A DNA stretch of 64,000 bases from Roseibacillus sp. GTDB lineage: Bacteria; Verrucomicrobiota; Verrucomicrobiia; Verrucomicrobiales; Akkermansiaceae. The notes under the pieces were generated by a model, which saw nothing but the letters and a program-made list of their open reading frames with translations, made no database searches and was not told the DNA's origin. Each line of letters starts with the position of its first letter. The first letter of the stretch is position 1. The stretch lies in the NCBI GenBank assembly GCA_051251855.1, contig JBPOGI010000005.1, positions 32,001 to 96,000 of the forward strand. Reading direction: 5' to 3'. Of this stretch, positions 18,287 to 28,481 are shown in pieces. The translations under genes and the position numbers were made by a program.

Positions 18287-19261
18287 ATGCCGTTGCTTTC
18301 CAGTTCTTGCTACAAGTCGCCTTGGTTTTTACCGGGTGGGCATTTGCAAACCATCGTTCCTTCCTTGACGAGGAAGGTGCCTCATGTGACTGAGGAGCAA
18401 GAGCGGCTAGAGCTTGCTGATGGTGATTTTTTGGATTTGCAGTGGTGTCGTGAAGGAGGTGAAGGGGAGAAGTTGGTGATTCTTTGCCACGGTTTTGAGG
18501 CGGATGCGGGGGCGAGCTATTTGCAAGAGATGGCGGGCGCTCTGAGGGAGAAGGGTTGGGATGTGCTGGCTTGGAGTTACCGAGGTTGTAGTGGGGAGAT
18601 GAACCGATTGCCGCGCTTCTATCATAGTGGAGCCACAGAAGACCTCGGGGCGGTGGTGAATCATGCGCTGAAGAGCCATCGGGCCAACCAGATTGATTTG
18701 GTGGGTTTCAGTTTGGGTGGAAATATGATTTTGAAGTATTTGGGAGAGAAGGCGGAGGAGGTGTCTCCGAGGCTGGGGAGGGCGGCGACGTTTTCGGTGC
18801 CGTGTGACCTCGCTTGCTCGTCGCATGCACTTGATACGGCCTTCAATCGTGAAATCTATATGCGACGCTTCATCAAGAGTTTGGCGGATAAAATTCGACA
18901 GAAGGAGATAGTTTTTCCGAAAGAGATGGACTCGACGGGGCTCGATAAGGTGCGAACCTTTCGAGAGTTTGACTCGCGTTACACGGCGCCACTTCATGGG
19001 TTCATTGATGCCGAGGACTACTGGAAACGTAGTAGTTCACGGCCTTTTCTTGAGGAAATTCGGCTTCCGGCTCTGTTGGTGAATGCGGCGAACGATCCGT
19101 TTTTAGGACCCGGTTGTTTTCCTCGTGAGGAGGCGGTCGCTAGCAGTTTCTTTCATCTAGAAGTTCCAAGCACGGGAGGGCATGTCGGCTTTCCGGGAGG
19201 AGTAAGAAATCAGTCTTGGATGACTCGGCGAGCGCTCCGGTTTTTGGAGAATCTTACTTAA
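18287..19261 (+). CDS. YheT-family alpha/beta hydrolase
   Basis: GHLQT, DGDFLDL.W, HG.E, RGCSGE.N, GFSLGGN nucleophile, NDPF, GGHVGF. Confidence 0.92.
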   Translation: MPLLSSSCYKSPWFLPGGHLQTIVPSLTRKVPHVTEEQERLELADGDFLDLQWCREGGEGEKLVILCHGFEADAGASYLQEMAGALREKGWDVLAWSYRGCSGEMNRLPRFYHSGATEDLGAVVNHALKSHRANQIDLVGFSLGGNMILKYLGEKAEEVSPRLGRAATFSVPCDLACSSHALDTAFNREIYMRRFIKSLADKIRQKEIVFPKEMDSTGLDKVRTFREFDSRYTAPLHGFIDAEDYWKRSSSRPFLEEIRLPALLVNAANDPFLGPGCFPREEAVASSFFHLEVPSTGGHVGFPGGVRNQSWMTRRALRFLENLT

Positions 19262-20462
19262 GGAATTCTCTTCCCAGTTCGGTTTCCGACATCTTGATAG
19301 TTTCGTCTTCGCGGAATTTTTCGACCCAGCTACGAGCAACATATCCTGCCAAGAAGTGGCTCAGGCTGTGAGCGATTTTTTCGTTATTCGTCGCTTGATC
19401 CTTACCGAGTCGGGAGAGGAGGTCCTCCAGATAGTTCTTCTCATTAAAATATGTGGCAAGATTTTCGGCTAGGTAATCTTCTCCTTCCTTCTCATAGAAC
19501 CACTTCGAGTAAGTTTCCATGGAAGGATCGGTGGTTGCCCACTTGAGCCAAAGTTTCATGGGTTCGTAGAGTAAGAAATACTCTCCGAATTTGACGCCGG
19601 CTTTCCGTAAGCGAGCCTCGAGTTCTTCCGTGGTCTCCTCGTCATCCCAGATGTCTGGCGGGATGAACCCAAACGACATGTTAATGAAAACAGGGAGGCC
19701 ATAGCTGTCCTTGGTAACGTCGATACAGGTTTCCACTTTTTCAGGAAAGGGTGGGCGTTCATCAAGGAGGGTTTCATCCGATAGGTCGGTTTCGAGTTTG
19801 AGTAGTTTGAGAGTGCGACGTTCGCCTTTCTCGTTTTCAAGAATCTGTTGCTGCAGAAATCCTGTCTCTCGATTAATACGCACTTTCCCCATTTCCAAGG
19901 TGTCAAATTCAATCGTTTCCTGCCATTTGCGAATGGACTTCGATTTATCGAGATAGAAATTTGCCCAGAGTGTGATGGGTAACGACTGGGTCACTGGACT
20001 GCAATTGATTGAGGTTTTGTCCAAATTAAGCTGGGGAGCAATCTCATACTCCTTGGCGGTGTTTTTACTGTCTGGGAGAATTTCTAATCTGACACGATGA
20101 CTACGCTCACTGATTGCCTTCATGTGCTTCATCCCTTTCACGCACACTCCGTTCATTGATATATAGGCGGTGTCGTCGTCATTGTTGGCTAACCAGTAGA
20201 GGACTTGGTCTCCCTCGTCGGTTTCCACTTCAACTTTGGCCCATAGTTGGGAGTGATCAGAAAGCGAGGTGACGACGGCCCTGAAGTTTTTGTTTCCCTT
20301 CCGGCCGTCATAGGTTGCGCGGTAGCCACCCACCGTCTGAAATTGCTCCTTCAGGCGCTCGCTCCATTCTGCAGCCTCACTCAAAGGTTCTTCCTGGGAC
20401 CAACAAAGAGAGAGTGAGCCGATCAGAAAGAGAATCGAATAGCACCTTAATGAGAACATCAT
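19254..20462 (-). CDS. Hypothetical secreted protein
   Basis: 402-aa ORF with signal peptide. Sequence looks more AT-rich than its neighbours. No recognisable motif. Confidence 0.7.
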   Translation of the reverse strand: MMFSLRCYSILFLIGSLSLCWSQEEPLSEAAEWSERLKEQFQTVGGYRATYDGRKGNKNFRAVVTSLSDHSQLWAKVEVETDEGDQVLYWLANNDDDTAYISMNGVCVKGMKHMKAISERSHRVRLEILPDSKNTAKEYEIAPQLNLDKTSINCSPVTQSLPITLWANFYLDKSKSIRKWQETIEFDTLEMGKVRINRETGFLQQQILENEKGERRTLKLLKLETDLSDETLLDERPPFPEKVETCIDVTKDSYGLPVFINMSFGFIPPDIWDDEETTEELEARLRKAGVKFGEYFLLYEPMKLWLKWATTDPSMETYSKWFYEKEGEDYLAENLATYFNEKNYLEDLLSRLGKDQATNNEKIAHSLSHFLAGYVARSWVEKFREDETIKMSETELGREFLK

Positions 20463-20544
20463 TGGACGATACCTAAATGGTATTAGGTATGTCTAGCTAT
20501 GAATCGGCGAGCTTGGAAGCTGTCTTTGGTGACAAACGAGACGA

Positions 20545-21033
20545 CTATTTTCGATAGGATTTTGTCAGTCGTCTGGCGCATTCGATCTGAGCACCAGTCT
20601 CGAGGCAGCATTTGCGGCGGGCACGGATCCAGTCTACGGGATCTGTTCCTTTGGGGATGAATCCGGCTTTCGCGCACCAAGCGATGATGAATTGGCCTGT
20701 TCGTCCACAGCCTGCGACGCAATGCACCACCACGGGTTCTTCGGCGGCATGGTGTTTATCCATGAGGTTGAGGAACTGCTGGATTTGTTCTTCAGTGGGA
20801 ACTCCATAGTCTGGCACGTTGATGAAGTGATAGTCGAAACGCTTGGGCACATCTTTGCGATTGTCGAACTCGCAGACATTGACCACGGCCTTGACACCTT
20901 CGTCGTCAAAAAGATCGAAGACATAAGGGTCTGGCCACCAAGAGGCGGCGATGACTCCTTCAACGATCCAAGTGAAGGGCTCGGTTCGCTCCGGTTGTCC
21001 GCGTTCAGGCCAATACCAAGGTCGAATAGGCAT
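20545..21033 (-). CDS. Dual-specificity/protein-tyrosine phosphatase family protein
   Basis: VPDYGVP acid loop, P-loop VHCVAGCGRTG (CX5R), ET..Q. Confidence 0.9.
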   Translation of the reverse strand: MPIRPWYWPERGQPERTEPFTWIVEGVIAASWWPDPYVFDLFDDEGVKAVVNVCEFDNRKDVPKRFDYHFINVPDYGVPTEEQIQQFLNLMDKHHAAEEPVVVHCVAGCGRTGQFIIAWCAKAGFIPKGTDPVDWIRARRKCCLETGAQIECARRLTKSYRK

Positions 21034-21108
21034 GGCTCACTGTCGCAGTTACGCGATGCCATGCAATGCTGCTCTGCGTGAGACTTTCGCTTCCGTAGAA
21101 GAGCAAAG

Positions 21109-21846
21109 CTATCGGCGACGACGCAGAGTCACGAGAGCCAATCCACCACTCAAGAGAAGGAGGGAAGAAGGCTCGGGAATCACGGTGTAGGTGATCAGAG
21201 GTCGGTTGGCTACATCTCCATCATTAGCGGTGTTAATGACATAGCCGCTCCGCTCGTCAGTAATGTCAGTGGATCCATCCCGATTGAGACGAAGAAAGAC
21301 GAAGTCGCCAACACTAGCGCTATTATACTGGGCGTTAAGAAAACTTGAGATGTCTACAGACGTTACCAAGCTGGGACCAGCAGTCTCAGGGACAGAGGTT
21401 GGAGTCATAATGCTGTCCTCTAGAAGAGTTGCAGTGGGATCCACGCCATCGCCAACCCAGAAGTCGTCGGCGGGGATAAGGGTGTTTGCAGCCCGGGCAT
21501 CAATTCCGTAAAGGTCAACATTGTAGAGACCGGGAACGTCGTTTCGAATTTCCAGATTGAAGCTCACGGTGGCAGAGGCAAAGGGACTGGTGACTGCTCC
21601 CAGATCTGGAAGTGGAAAAACTAAAACAGCGTTAAAGTTGAAGCCGGTGCCAGCGTCCCAGTTTCCAGCCCGAGCACGTGCATTTGTGGTTCCCTGAATG
21701 GAGGTGGCCCCCCCTCCGGTAGCACCATTGGCTGAGGCCTGAATGATTCCGTCGCCGGCGTTTCCAGCAATGGTAGCAGATTCACAAAGTTGCGTTGCGA
21801 GTGCGATACCTGCGAGGGGCAAAAGTTGTTGAAGTTGAAAATTCAT
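21109..21846 (-). CDS. PEP-CTERM sorting domain protein
   Basis: Signal peptide from MNFQLQ; C-terminus VIPEPSSLLLLSGGLALVTLRRRR. Confidence 0.92.
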   Translation of the reverse strand: MNFQLQQLLPLAGIALATQLCESATIAGNAGDGIIQASANGATGGGATSIQGTTNARARAGNWDAGTGFNFNAVLVFPLPDLGAVTSPFASATVSFNLEIRNDVPGLYNVDLYGIDARAANTLIPADDFWVGDGVDPTATLLEDSIMTPTSVPETAGPSLVTSVDISSFLNAQYNSASVGDFVFLRLNRDGSTDITDERSGYVINTANDGDVANRPLITYTVIPEPSSLLLLSGGLALVTLRRRR

Positions 21847-22082
21847 GCTGTGATTTAGGGGTTCTGGCCATGAAAGAGAAATCTGGGGACTCAACAAGAA
21901 GAAAATCGGATCAAAAAGCTTTTAATGCTCAAAATGAGGCAAGACCGCACTTGTCTTACACATGACTAAACTTTTTATGCTATTGTCTCTGAGGTGAGGA
22001 GGGAGTTCGCCCTTTCGTGAGAGTTCTCGCTTTGCGAACCATTCGTGATGAAAAAGCGACCAATCTACGTCCTACTCTAAAC

Positions 22083-23294
22083 ATGACCGCTATTCGAATT
22101 CTTGTTACCTCTCTTGCCGCAGGGCTTTTCCTTTTCGCGTTCCCTTTGCTGGGGCAGACGGTGCATTTGGTCAAAGATGGAGAAAGTCTGTGGACGATTT
22201 CTAAGAAGACTGGAGTGTCTATTGCGGCAATCAAAACGGCGAACGGGTTGGAGAGTGATGTGATTTGGGAAGGCTCAAAGCTGATTATTCCAAAAGTTGT
22301 TCCTAACCAGACGGCACCGCTAACCAATACGGCTTCGGGGGTGAGGCCTTTGGCGCCTATCGTGGAGCGAAGGCCTATCGTCGAGAGGAGACCTATTGTG
22401 GAAGAAAGGAAGTCTCCGGCAGGTCCCTTGTCCGAAAAGGGTCGTCAAATTCTTCGGCAGCAAGTTCTTCTCGACCGGGCTGGATTTTCTCCCGGAATAA
22501 TCGATGGCTATGATGGCAAATACACGCAGTTGGCAATGACCTTGTGTGAATCTTGGAACCCGAGTGCTCTGCGTTCGACAATATCGACGACGACTCTGGT
22601 AGAGGTTCCTGCGAACTGGAGCTCGTTCGTCAACCCTCGTTTACCGGGGTCGGGGAATTCTCCTGATTTTAAAGCTCTCACCGCAAAGAAGGAGGTAATC
22701 CATTATTACTCGGGCTTGGAGTACCTTGCTGAGCGCTATCATTGTAGCGAAGGCCTCCTGAAAAAGCTCAATCCGAGAATCGACTTCAAGCGACTTCAAG
22801 CCGGTGTTTCCCTTGTGGTGCCCAACGTGGTGCCCTTCAAAATCGAAGATTACTTTAAGCCGAACGGAACGGGGATTTGGTCAAGCGGTTTGGGCAAGGG
22901 TGATACCGAGCATACGATTTATATTTCGGCGCCTGACATGATGTTGACCGTCTGGGAGGGAGCGCAACTCGTCCGGGGCTACCCTATCACGCTCAACTTA
23001 GAAGATAGTCCGCGAGGGCAAAGGGAGCTTGGGGTGATTACCCCGGGGCCGGTCTATATGCGTAAGAAGACGGGGCTGGATTTAAAGGCGGGTCCGAACA
23101 GTCCAGTGGGTATCGTGTGGTGTCCGCTCGGGAATGGCTTTGGGATTCATGGCACGAATAATCCTAACACCATCGGACGGGCTTCCAGTTCGGGTTGTGT
23201 TCGGCTTGCGAACTGGGATGCGGTGCGCTTGGCGGCCCTGGTTCGGAAGGGGACAAAGGTCATGATCAGCGAACGACCTCGCAAGCACAACTAG
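22083..23294 (+). CDS. LysM + L,D-transpeptidase (YkuD)
   Basis: Signal peptide, LysM HLVKDGESLWTISKK...NGL, GPNSPVG, GIHGT...SSGCVRL. Confidence 0.9.
   Translation: MTAIRILVTSLAAGLFLFAFPLLGQTVHLVKDGESLWTISKKTGVSIAAIKTANGLESDVIWEGSKLIIPKVVPNQTAPLTNTASGVRPLAPIVERRPIVERRPIVEERKSPAGPLSEKGRQILRQQVLLDRAGFSPGIIDGYDGKYTQLAMTLCESWNPSALRSTISTTTLVEVPANWSSFVNPRLPGSGNSPDFKALTAKKEVIHYYSGLEYLAERYHCSEGLLKKLNPRIDFKRLQAGVSLVVPNVVPFKIEDYFKPNGTGIWSSGLGKGDTEHTIYISAPDMMLTVWEGAQLVRGYPITLNLEDSPRGQRELGVITPGPVYMRKKTGLDLKAGPNSPVGIVWCPLGNGFGIHGTNNPNTIGRASSSGCVRLANWDAVRLAALVRKGTKVMISERPRKHN
22356..22409 (+). repeat. Imperfect 18-bp coding repeat x3 (PIVERR-PIVERR-PIVEER linker)
   Basis: cctatcgtggagcgaagg / cctatcgtcgagaggaga / cctattgtggaagaaagg. 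Confidence 0.7.
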
Positions 23295-23369
23295 AAGAAT
23301 TCCTCTAGGTTTCTAAACGATTCTCAAGTCTTCTGTGCTTCGCAATGGCATCACCGATGGAAACTGTTT

Positions 23370-24284
23370 TCATTCCTTGGTTTGTTCAAAGAGCCATTCG
23401 TGCATTTTGGTGTCGTTGGTGACATTGCCGATGATGCCATGACCCGCATCTGGGAATTCAGTATACTTGAAGACTTTCGAGCGCTTCAATTCTTCAGCGC
23501 AATTGCGCGCAGAGGCTGGGCTAACGACGTCGTCCTTGGCTCCATGAAATGACCAGATGGGCATCGAACGAAGTTTGCCGACATCGTTCGCTCCCCCTGC
23601 GATAGGGACTCCTGCCGCAAAGAGCTTTGGTTCTTCTTTGAGAAAATGCCACGTACCGAATCCGCCCATGGAATAGCCAATAACGTAGATTCGATTCTCG
23701 TCGATGATGGGCAGGTTTTTAAGAAGATCGTCCAAGAGCGAGAGGGTTTCTTCACCGGGCTCATCATCCCAACCACCACCGGTGGCACCATGGGGTTGGT
23801 AACAGAGAGGTGCGAGGATGAGGCAAGGACGAGCCTCGTAGTTCGAGCTTTCCGCAAACTTTCGAGCAAAGCCAATCTGCAGTCCGTTTTCATTGTTGCT
23901 ACTTTTTCCATGCAACGAAATCACCAGTGGGACTTTCGAGTTACCGTCCAACTGTTTTCCGCCATAGAATGCATAGGGCAAGTTGCCGTGCTCTGCATTG
24001 ACCCATTCGCCAGTGACCAAATGGGCGTAATCTCCCTCAATTTTCTTTGTTTGTTGGGCTGGAGCATCGTCCTGTTCTTCAACAAAGGAATGATCCGCTT
24101 CGACGAGACGTTCGAGGGGAATGGTGAAGACCTTGCCATCTTTGTCCCGCTTGAGGGTGACTTCTGACTCGGTAGCGGAAACAAAAGTGGCTTCGAGAAG
24201 TTTTCCGTCGGTCGAAGTCCAAGTGCGAGCGGTTGCACTCGATAAACTGAGGGCGAGAATGAGGAAGTGATTTTTCATAGCCAA
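23370..24284 (-). CDS. SHD1-like domain + secreted serine esterase/peptidase (alpha/beta hydrolase)
   Basis: RTWTSTDGK..EA...IPLERL...D (SHD1-like); LHG, GYSMGG, FHGAKDDVV, GH. Confidence 0.85.
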   Translation of the reverse strand: MAMKNHFLILALSLSSATARTWTSTDGKLLEATFVSATESEVTLKRDKDGKVFTIPLERLVEADHSFVEEQDDAPAQQTKKIEGDYAHLVTGEWVNAEHGNLPYAFYGGKQLDGNSKVPLVISLHGKSSNNENGLQIGFARKFAESSNYEARPCLILAPLCYQPHGATGGGWDDEPGEETLSLLDDLLKNLPIIDENRIYVIGYSMGGFGTWHFLKEEPKLFAAGVPIAGGANDVGKLRSMPIWSFHGAKDDVVSPASARNCAEELKRSKVFKYTEFPDAGHGIIGNVTNDTKMHEWLFEQTKE

Positions 24285-24394
24285 CCTTAAGTCCTACTCG
24301 AGATATGCCCCTCTTGGACAGCCTTTTTATTCGTGAGGAACGAAAAGTGAAGGGGTTAGCACAGTGAGTGTAACCGTCATGGCTTGTCATTTGC

Positions 24395-27300
24395 TTAGGG
24401 CAGCTCAAGGGCAGAAATTCGGAGTTGGTAGAACTGCTTGGGTGTCGTGGAGATGAAAGCTGGGTCGAGGATAAGGACGGACTCCAGTTCGGAAGAGAGA
24501 ACGGTCAAGTTTTCTTCCGCAGGGGTGGGGGTGGCGTCTAGGTTGGGTAAGCTTGGGCCTGCGAAGAGTTGCCATTGAACGTCGGAGGTGAAGCGGCGGC
24601 GGGTGGTCTGTAAGCCAAGCTGCTGGGTGGCGCCGGTTCCGAAAAATTGAAGGCATGAGGGGAAGTCGTTTGGTACGTTTTCGTTAGTTCCAAGTGCGTA
24701 TTCGTCCCATGTGGTGAGTCCGTCACCATCGACGTCACTATCGGGGTGGCCAGGCATTCCGAGGAGTTGATCGGCAAGGCTGAAGTTGATGGCCTGCCAG
24801 CCGTTGAAGTGAGTTTCGTAACCGCTCCCTACAAGGCCGGGTGAGCCGTTGAGTTCTGGGCTGCTACCCCAGGTCGCGGGGTTGCTATACTCGTCGTAGT
24901 CAGCGGCGATATCGCGGAGAACAAGGCTGGAGCCACTGCCGTCGGAGTTGGGATACCATGAGTCGAGGTAAGTGAATTCGAGAATGTTCTCCCCGATGGG
25001 GTCTTCCAGCTTGAGAGTCTCCCCGAGGTTCTCTAGGAGCCCTGAGTAGGGACCAAGGACAACCACGCCAGGGTCGCCATAGCGGATGTCAAAGGCGGTG
25101 GGGTTCTTAACGAGGAGGAGGCGATCGTTTGCTGCTAGGTCTGTAGAAGCAGGGAAGGTATAATCGATACCAAGGGTGAAAGAAGCGCCGGAAAGGTCGA
25201 GGGTGTTGGGGCCAGTATTCATCAGCTCGATGAATTCGAAGTCGCGGTCCTCGAGTCCAGGTTGGATGAGAAGTTCAGCTGGGGTTGGGTTCGCGGGGTT
25301 GTAATTGATTTCAGAAATCCGCAGGTAGCGCTGCGCATCGGTGGGAGCTCCTGGGTAGGTGTATTCATCGACGAAGGTTCCTGCCGCATTGCGAAGAACG
25401 ATCATCTCTCCTCGTGCAGAAAGCTGTCCGTCGTAGGGTCCTTGCACGAAGCGGAACTCGCCGCCGGTGGGGCCGGTGGAGCGTGACCGAAAGTCAGCCG
25501 GGCTGCGGGCAACGTGGATGAGGCCTTTGTAGTTCGAACCGATGGTTCCGCTGCCTGCTAAGACAACGGTGCCAGCGGGGAAAGTGTAGTCCACTGCGCC
25601 GCTGAGGGTCCAGCCAGTGAGGTCGAGGGAGGAGGATTCGTTGTTCTTGATGATGAGGTATTCTTCGTCTTGATTCCCTGAGTTGGGAAGGAAGTCGATG
25701 GAATCAATGACGATATTGGGAATGGACGGTTGGGTGGGAGGAATGGGGGTGCCGTTGATGTTGGCGCTAAACATAGCCGAGCGATGTCCGGGAAGCCACT
25801 CATTGTATAGGCGCATGGAGTAGGGAAGGCTGGCGAGGTTGTCTCCCCAAGAGCCCCAAGCGGTGTAGTCGAGATCCGAGTCCGAGACGACTCCTGGTGG
25901 ATTGGTCGAGACTTCAATTTCGATGATTTTCTTTCGGACCCAATCCTCTGCGATAGGGGTGCCGTTGGGCTGGAGGAATTCACGACGCAAGGTCTCGAAG
26001 CGTCGGGCATACATCTCTTTGAATTCGGTGGTGGTGTAGATGAGTTGCCAAAGCGAGTTGAAGTTGTCCAGAAGCAGTGGGGTCTGAAGGCTGTCGTCGA
26101 AATACTGTAGCGAGGGTCCACCCCAGCGGTGCCCAGCAGAGAGATCAACATCCCATGGGAGGGGGCGCCATTCTTCAGTTCCTTCCGTATCACGATAGAG
26201 ATAGTAGTTCTTAAGGCCGGTATCGTTGACTCCGATGATGGCGTTGGCAACGAGCTGATTCACGGTGCCTGCGACGTCCAAATAATCGTAAGCGTTTCTC
26301 CGCCGGGTGGTAGTAGAGTTGCTTTGCGACATTTGATTAAAGAAGTCCTGCAAGTCTTGTCGGCCCTCATCTTTACGCGTTTTCTTGTTGGCGGTGTTCA
26401 CGTTTTGCATGGGGTCATACATTTTGTAGAGCGCTCCATCAGGGTCCATGCCAAGGCGTTCGAGGAAGCGATCATCTCCATCTTCAACGAGATCAGAGAT
26501 GGCGAAGAAGGAACCATTACGTTCAACGCGAACAGGGAAGGCATAATGATAGGGGTTGCCCACCTGCTTGTAAGAATCGTAGGCGAAGGTGTTCCGGACT
26601 TTGCTTTTGTCGGCCCAATTGGAGAGGAGATTGATGTCCTTGGCCTTGATTTCACCTTCTTTCCAAGTGAAGCGATTGCCGCGATTGAAGTCTAGATCGT
26701 AAGATTTTTTTGGGAAGCTGAGGCTGGTCTGACCGTGTAAATCCATCTGAACGTTGTCATAGAATTCTCCAAGGTAGGAGACGGAAATCCGGTCGCCTCC
26801 CGAGGTGTCAACGGCAGCGGCGTTCTCAACAAAAAGTTGTATCACGGGGAGATTGGAGGTCGTTAAATCAGGATCGAGAGCGACGGTGCCATAATAGCGA
26901 TCAGAATCGAGAGGGTCGTTGTAAGGAGGAGAAGTCCGCGCGTTGTTGCTAGAGTCTACGGCTTCGAATCGCCAGCGGAGCATCTCTCCGGGGCTGATTT
27001 GGCTAGTGGGAATTTCCCCACTATAGATGCCGTCTGCGGCCAAAGCGTCAGGGGCGATACCATCGTCTAACAGGATGAGCGATGATTCGGCTGCGAACAT
27101 GGTCCGGTAGAAGGCGGTCACGGTTGCGACCGAGTCGGTGCCTTCGCGAACGGTGGCAGTGACGAGGAGGTTCGGGCTCGTTGGGCTGCCTGTTGGCTGG
27201 GTGGGAGCTGACTCGGTGATTTCTTCGAAGAGGGGAGCGAGGTCTACGCTTCCGCTTCCGTTTGCTGAGCCTGGGGAGGGAGTGGTGAAGTAGGAATGCG

Positions 27301-28330
27301 CTCCGCTGCTCGCCAATCGAGTGAGAACAAGCTCTGCTTGAATGAGGAAGTCTGAGCTACCTGCAGTTTGATTGAGACCGTGAATCGCGAGGAGGTTATC
27401 GCCTCCGTTGAAAGACGCATTCCCAAGGTCAATCGGGAAGTTGGTGAGTTCCTCATTGAGCTCTTCGATTCGAATACCGTCGGAGGCGGAGTCCCACGAG
27501 AGGTTTGCGGGTTTGCGGTGCTCCGCGATTTCATCGCCGTTTAGATAGGCGACAAAGCCGTCATCCCAACGCATGCGCAGTGAGGCAGAGGTGACTTCGC
27601 TGGGGTTGGCTATGCTGAAGGGAATGCGAAAGAAGGCGGACGCGTTTTGATTATGCATTAGGGCTTCGATATCACCTCCGGTGCTGAGCCATGAGCCGTA
27701 GGGAACGCCGCCGGTATTGGTTTCGTATCCCGCTCCGAAGGTGACCGCCTGCCAACGGTTTCCAGTGAAGCTACCATTGAGGCTGGTATTCCATCCGCTG
27801 AATTGGGAGTTAAAGTTTGCTAGCGAGGTGGGTACGCCTGCGCGACCTGAGGCGTTGAGCGGGACGGCGGTTTCCTCCGAAATACCCTGTTGAGGACCGA
27901 ACGAGACATCGGGAGCTTGGGGTGGAAAGCTGGGTGCGAACTCAGTAGCGGCGATGCTCCCACCTGGTTCGAACAAGGCGAGATACTCACCCCCTTTGCT
28001 GAGTGAAAAATTGGTGTGCAAAGGGAGCCCGGGAACGGAGCGGTCTTTGTTCGAAGCAAAGACAACCAAGAATTCGCCCGGCGCCATGGTGACCGCAGGG
28101 AAGATCCACTTTTGTGAGTTGTCCGCCTTGTCGGTCAGACTCCAACCATCGAGATCGACGAGGGCACTTCCCGTGTTGTGCAATTCAATCCAGTCTTTTC
28201 GATCTCCGTTTTCGTCTTCGATACCGGAGTCATTGGAGGCCAAAAACTCAGTAATCACGACCTGACCTGGGCTCAGGGCCGAGAGACCAAACAGGATGGT
28301 GAAAAGGGTGCGGGTGAGGCGGCTGCACAT
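24395..28330 (-). CDS. CotH kinase-family protein with lamin-tail domains, a DDG..PD..ADGIY module and a C-terminal DGDG module
   Basis: VVITEFLASN/DWIELHN, LRISEINYNP/EFIEL (lamin-tail domains); FPKKSY, KNYYLY, PWDVDLS (CotH). Confidence 0.88.
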   Translation of the reverse strand: MCSRLTRTLFTILFGLSALSPGQVVITEFLASNDSGIEDENGDRKDWIELHNTGSALVDLDGWSLTDKADNSQKWIFPAVTMAPGEFLVVFASNKDRSVPGLPLHTNFSLSKGGEYLALFEPGGSIAATEFAPSFPPQAPDVSFGPQQGISEETAVPLNASGRAGVPTSLANFNSQFSGWNTSLNGSFTGNRWQAVTFGAGYETNTGGVPYGSWLSTGGDIEALMHNQNASAFFRIPFSIANPSEVTSASLRMRWDDGFVAYLNGDEIAEHRKPANLSWDSASDGIRIEELNEELTNFPIDLGNASFNGGDNLLAIHGLNQTAGSSDFLIQAELVLTRLASSGAHSYFTTPSPGSANGSGSVDLAPLFEEITESAPTQPTGSPTSPNLLVTATVREGTDSVATVTAFYRTMFAAESSLILLDDGIAPDALAADGIYSGEIPTSQISPGEMLRWRFEAVDSSNNARTSPPYNDPLDSDRYYGTVALDPDLTTSNLPVIQLFVENAAAVDTSGGDRISVSYLGEFYDNVQMDLHGQTSLSFPKKSYDLDFNRGNRFTWKEGEIKAKDINLLSNWADKSKVRNTFAYDSYKQVGNPYHYAFPVRVERNGSFFAISDLVEDGDDRFLERLGMDPDGALYKMYDPMQNVNTANKKTRKDEGRQDLQDFFNQMSQSNSTTTRRRNAYDYLDVAGTVNQLVANAIIGVNDTGLKNYYLYRDTEGTEEWRPLPWDVDLSAGHRWGGPSLQYFDDSLQTPLLLDNFNSLWQLIYTTTEFKEMYARRFETLRREFLQPNGTPIAEDWVRKKIIEIEVSTNPPGVVSDSDLDYTAWGSWGDNLASLPYSMRLYNEWLPGHRSAMFSANINGTPIPPTQPSIPNIVIDSIDFLPNSGNQDEEYLIIKNNESSSLDLTGWTLSGAVDYTFPAGTVVLAGSGTIGSNYKGLIHVARSPADFRSRSTGPTGGEFRFVQGPYDGQLSARGEMIVLRNAAGTFVDEYTYPGAPTDAQRYLRISEINYNPANPTPAELLIQPGLEDRDFEFIELMNTGPNTLDLSGASFTLGIDYTFPASTDLAANDRLLLVKNPTAFDIRYGDPGVVVLGPYSGLLENLGETLKLEDPIGENILEFTYLDSWYPNSDGSGSSLVLRDIAADYDEYSNPATWGSSPELNGSPGLVGSGYETHFNGWQAINFSLADQLLGMPGHPDSDVDGDGLTTWDEYALGTNENVPNDFPSCLQFFGTGATQQLGLQTTRRRFTSDVQWQLFAGPSLPNLDATPTPAEENLTVLSSELESVLILDPAFISTTPKQFYQLRISALELP

Positions 28331-28481
28331 TTATGCAATCTGCAGTAGGAGTTCGTTGCTGTCCAATTCCGAATTACCAATATGAACGAGCGTGAGAGTA
28401 GGCGCGTTTCGCACAGGGAGCGAAGCTAAGGAGGATACAGAATGTGTTTTTTCATTTCCCTTCTCGATAAGGCTGCGATCC

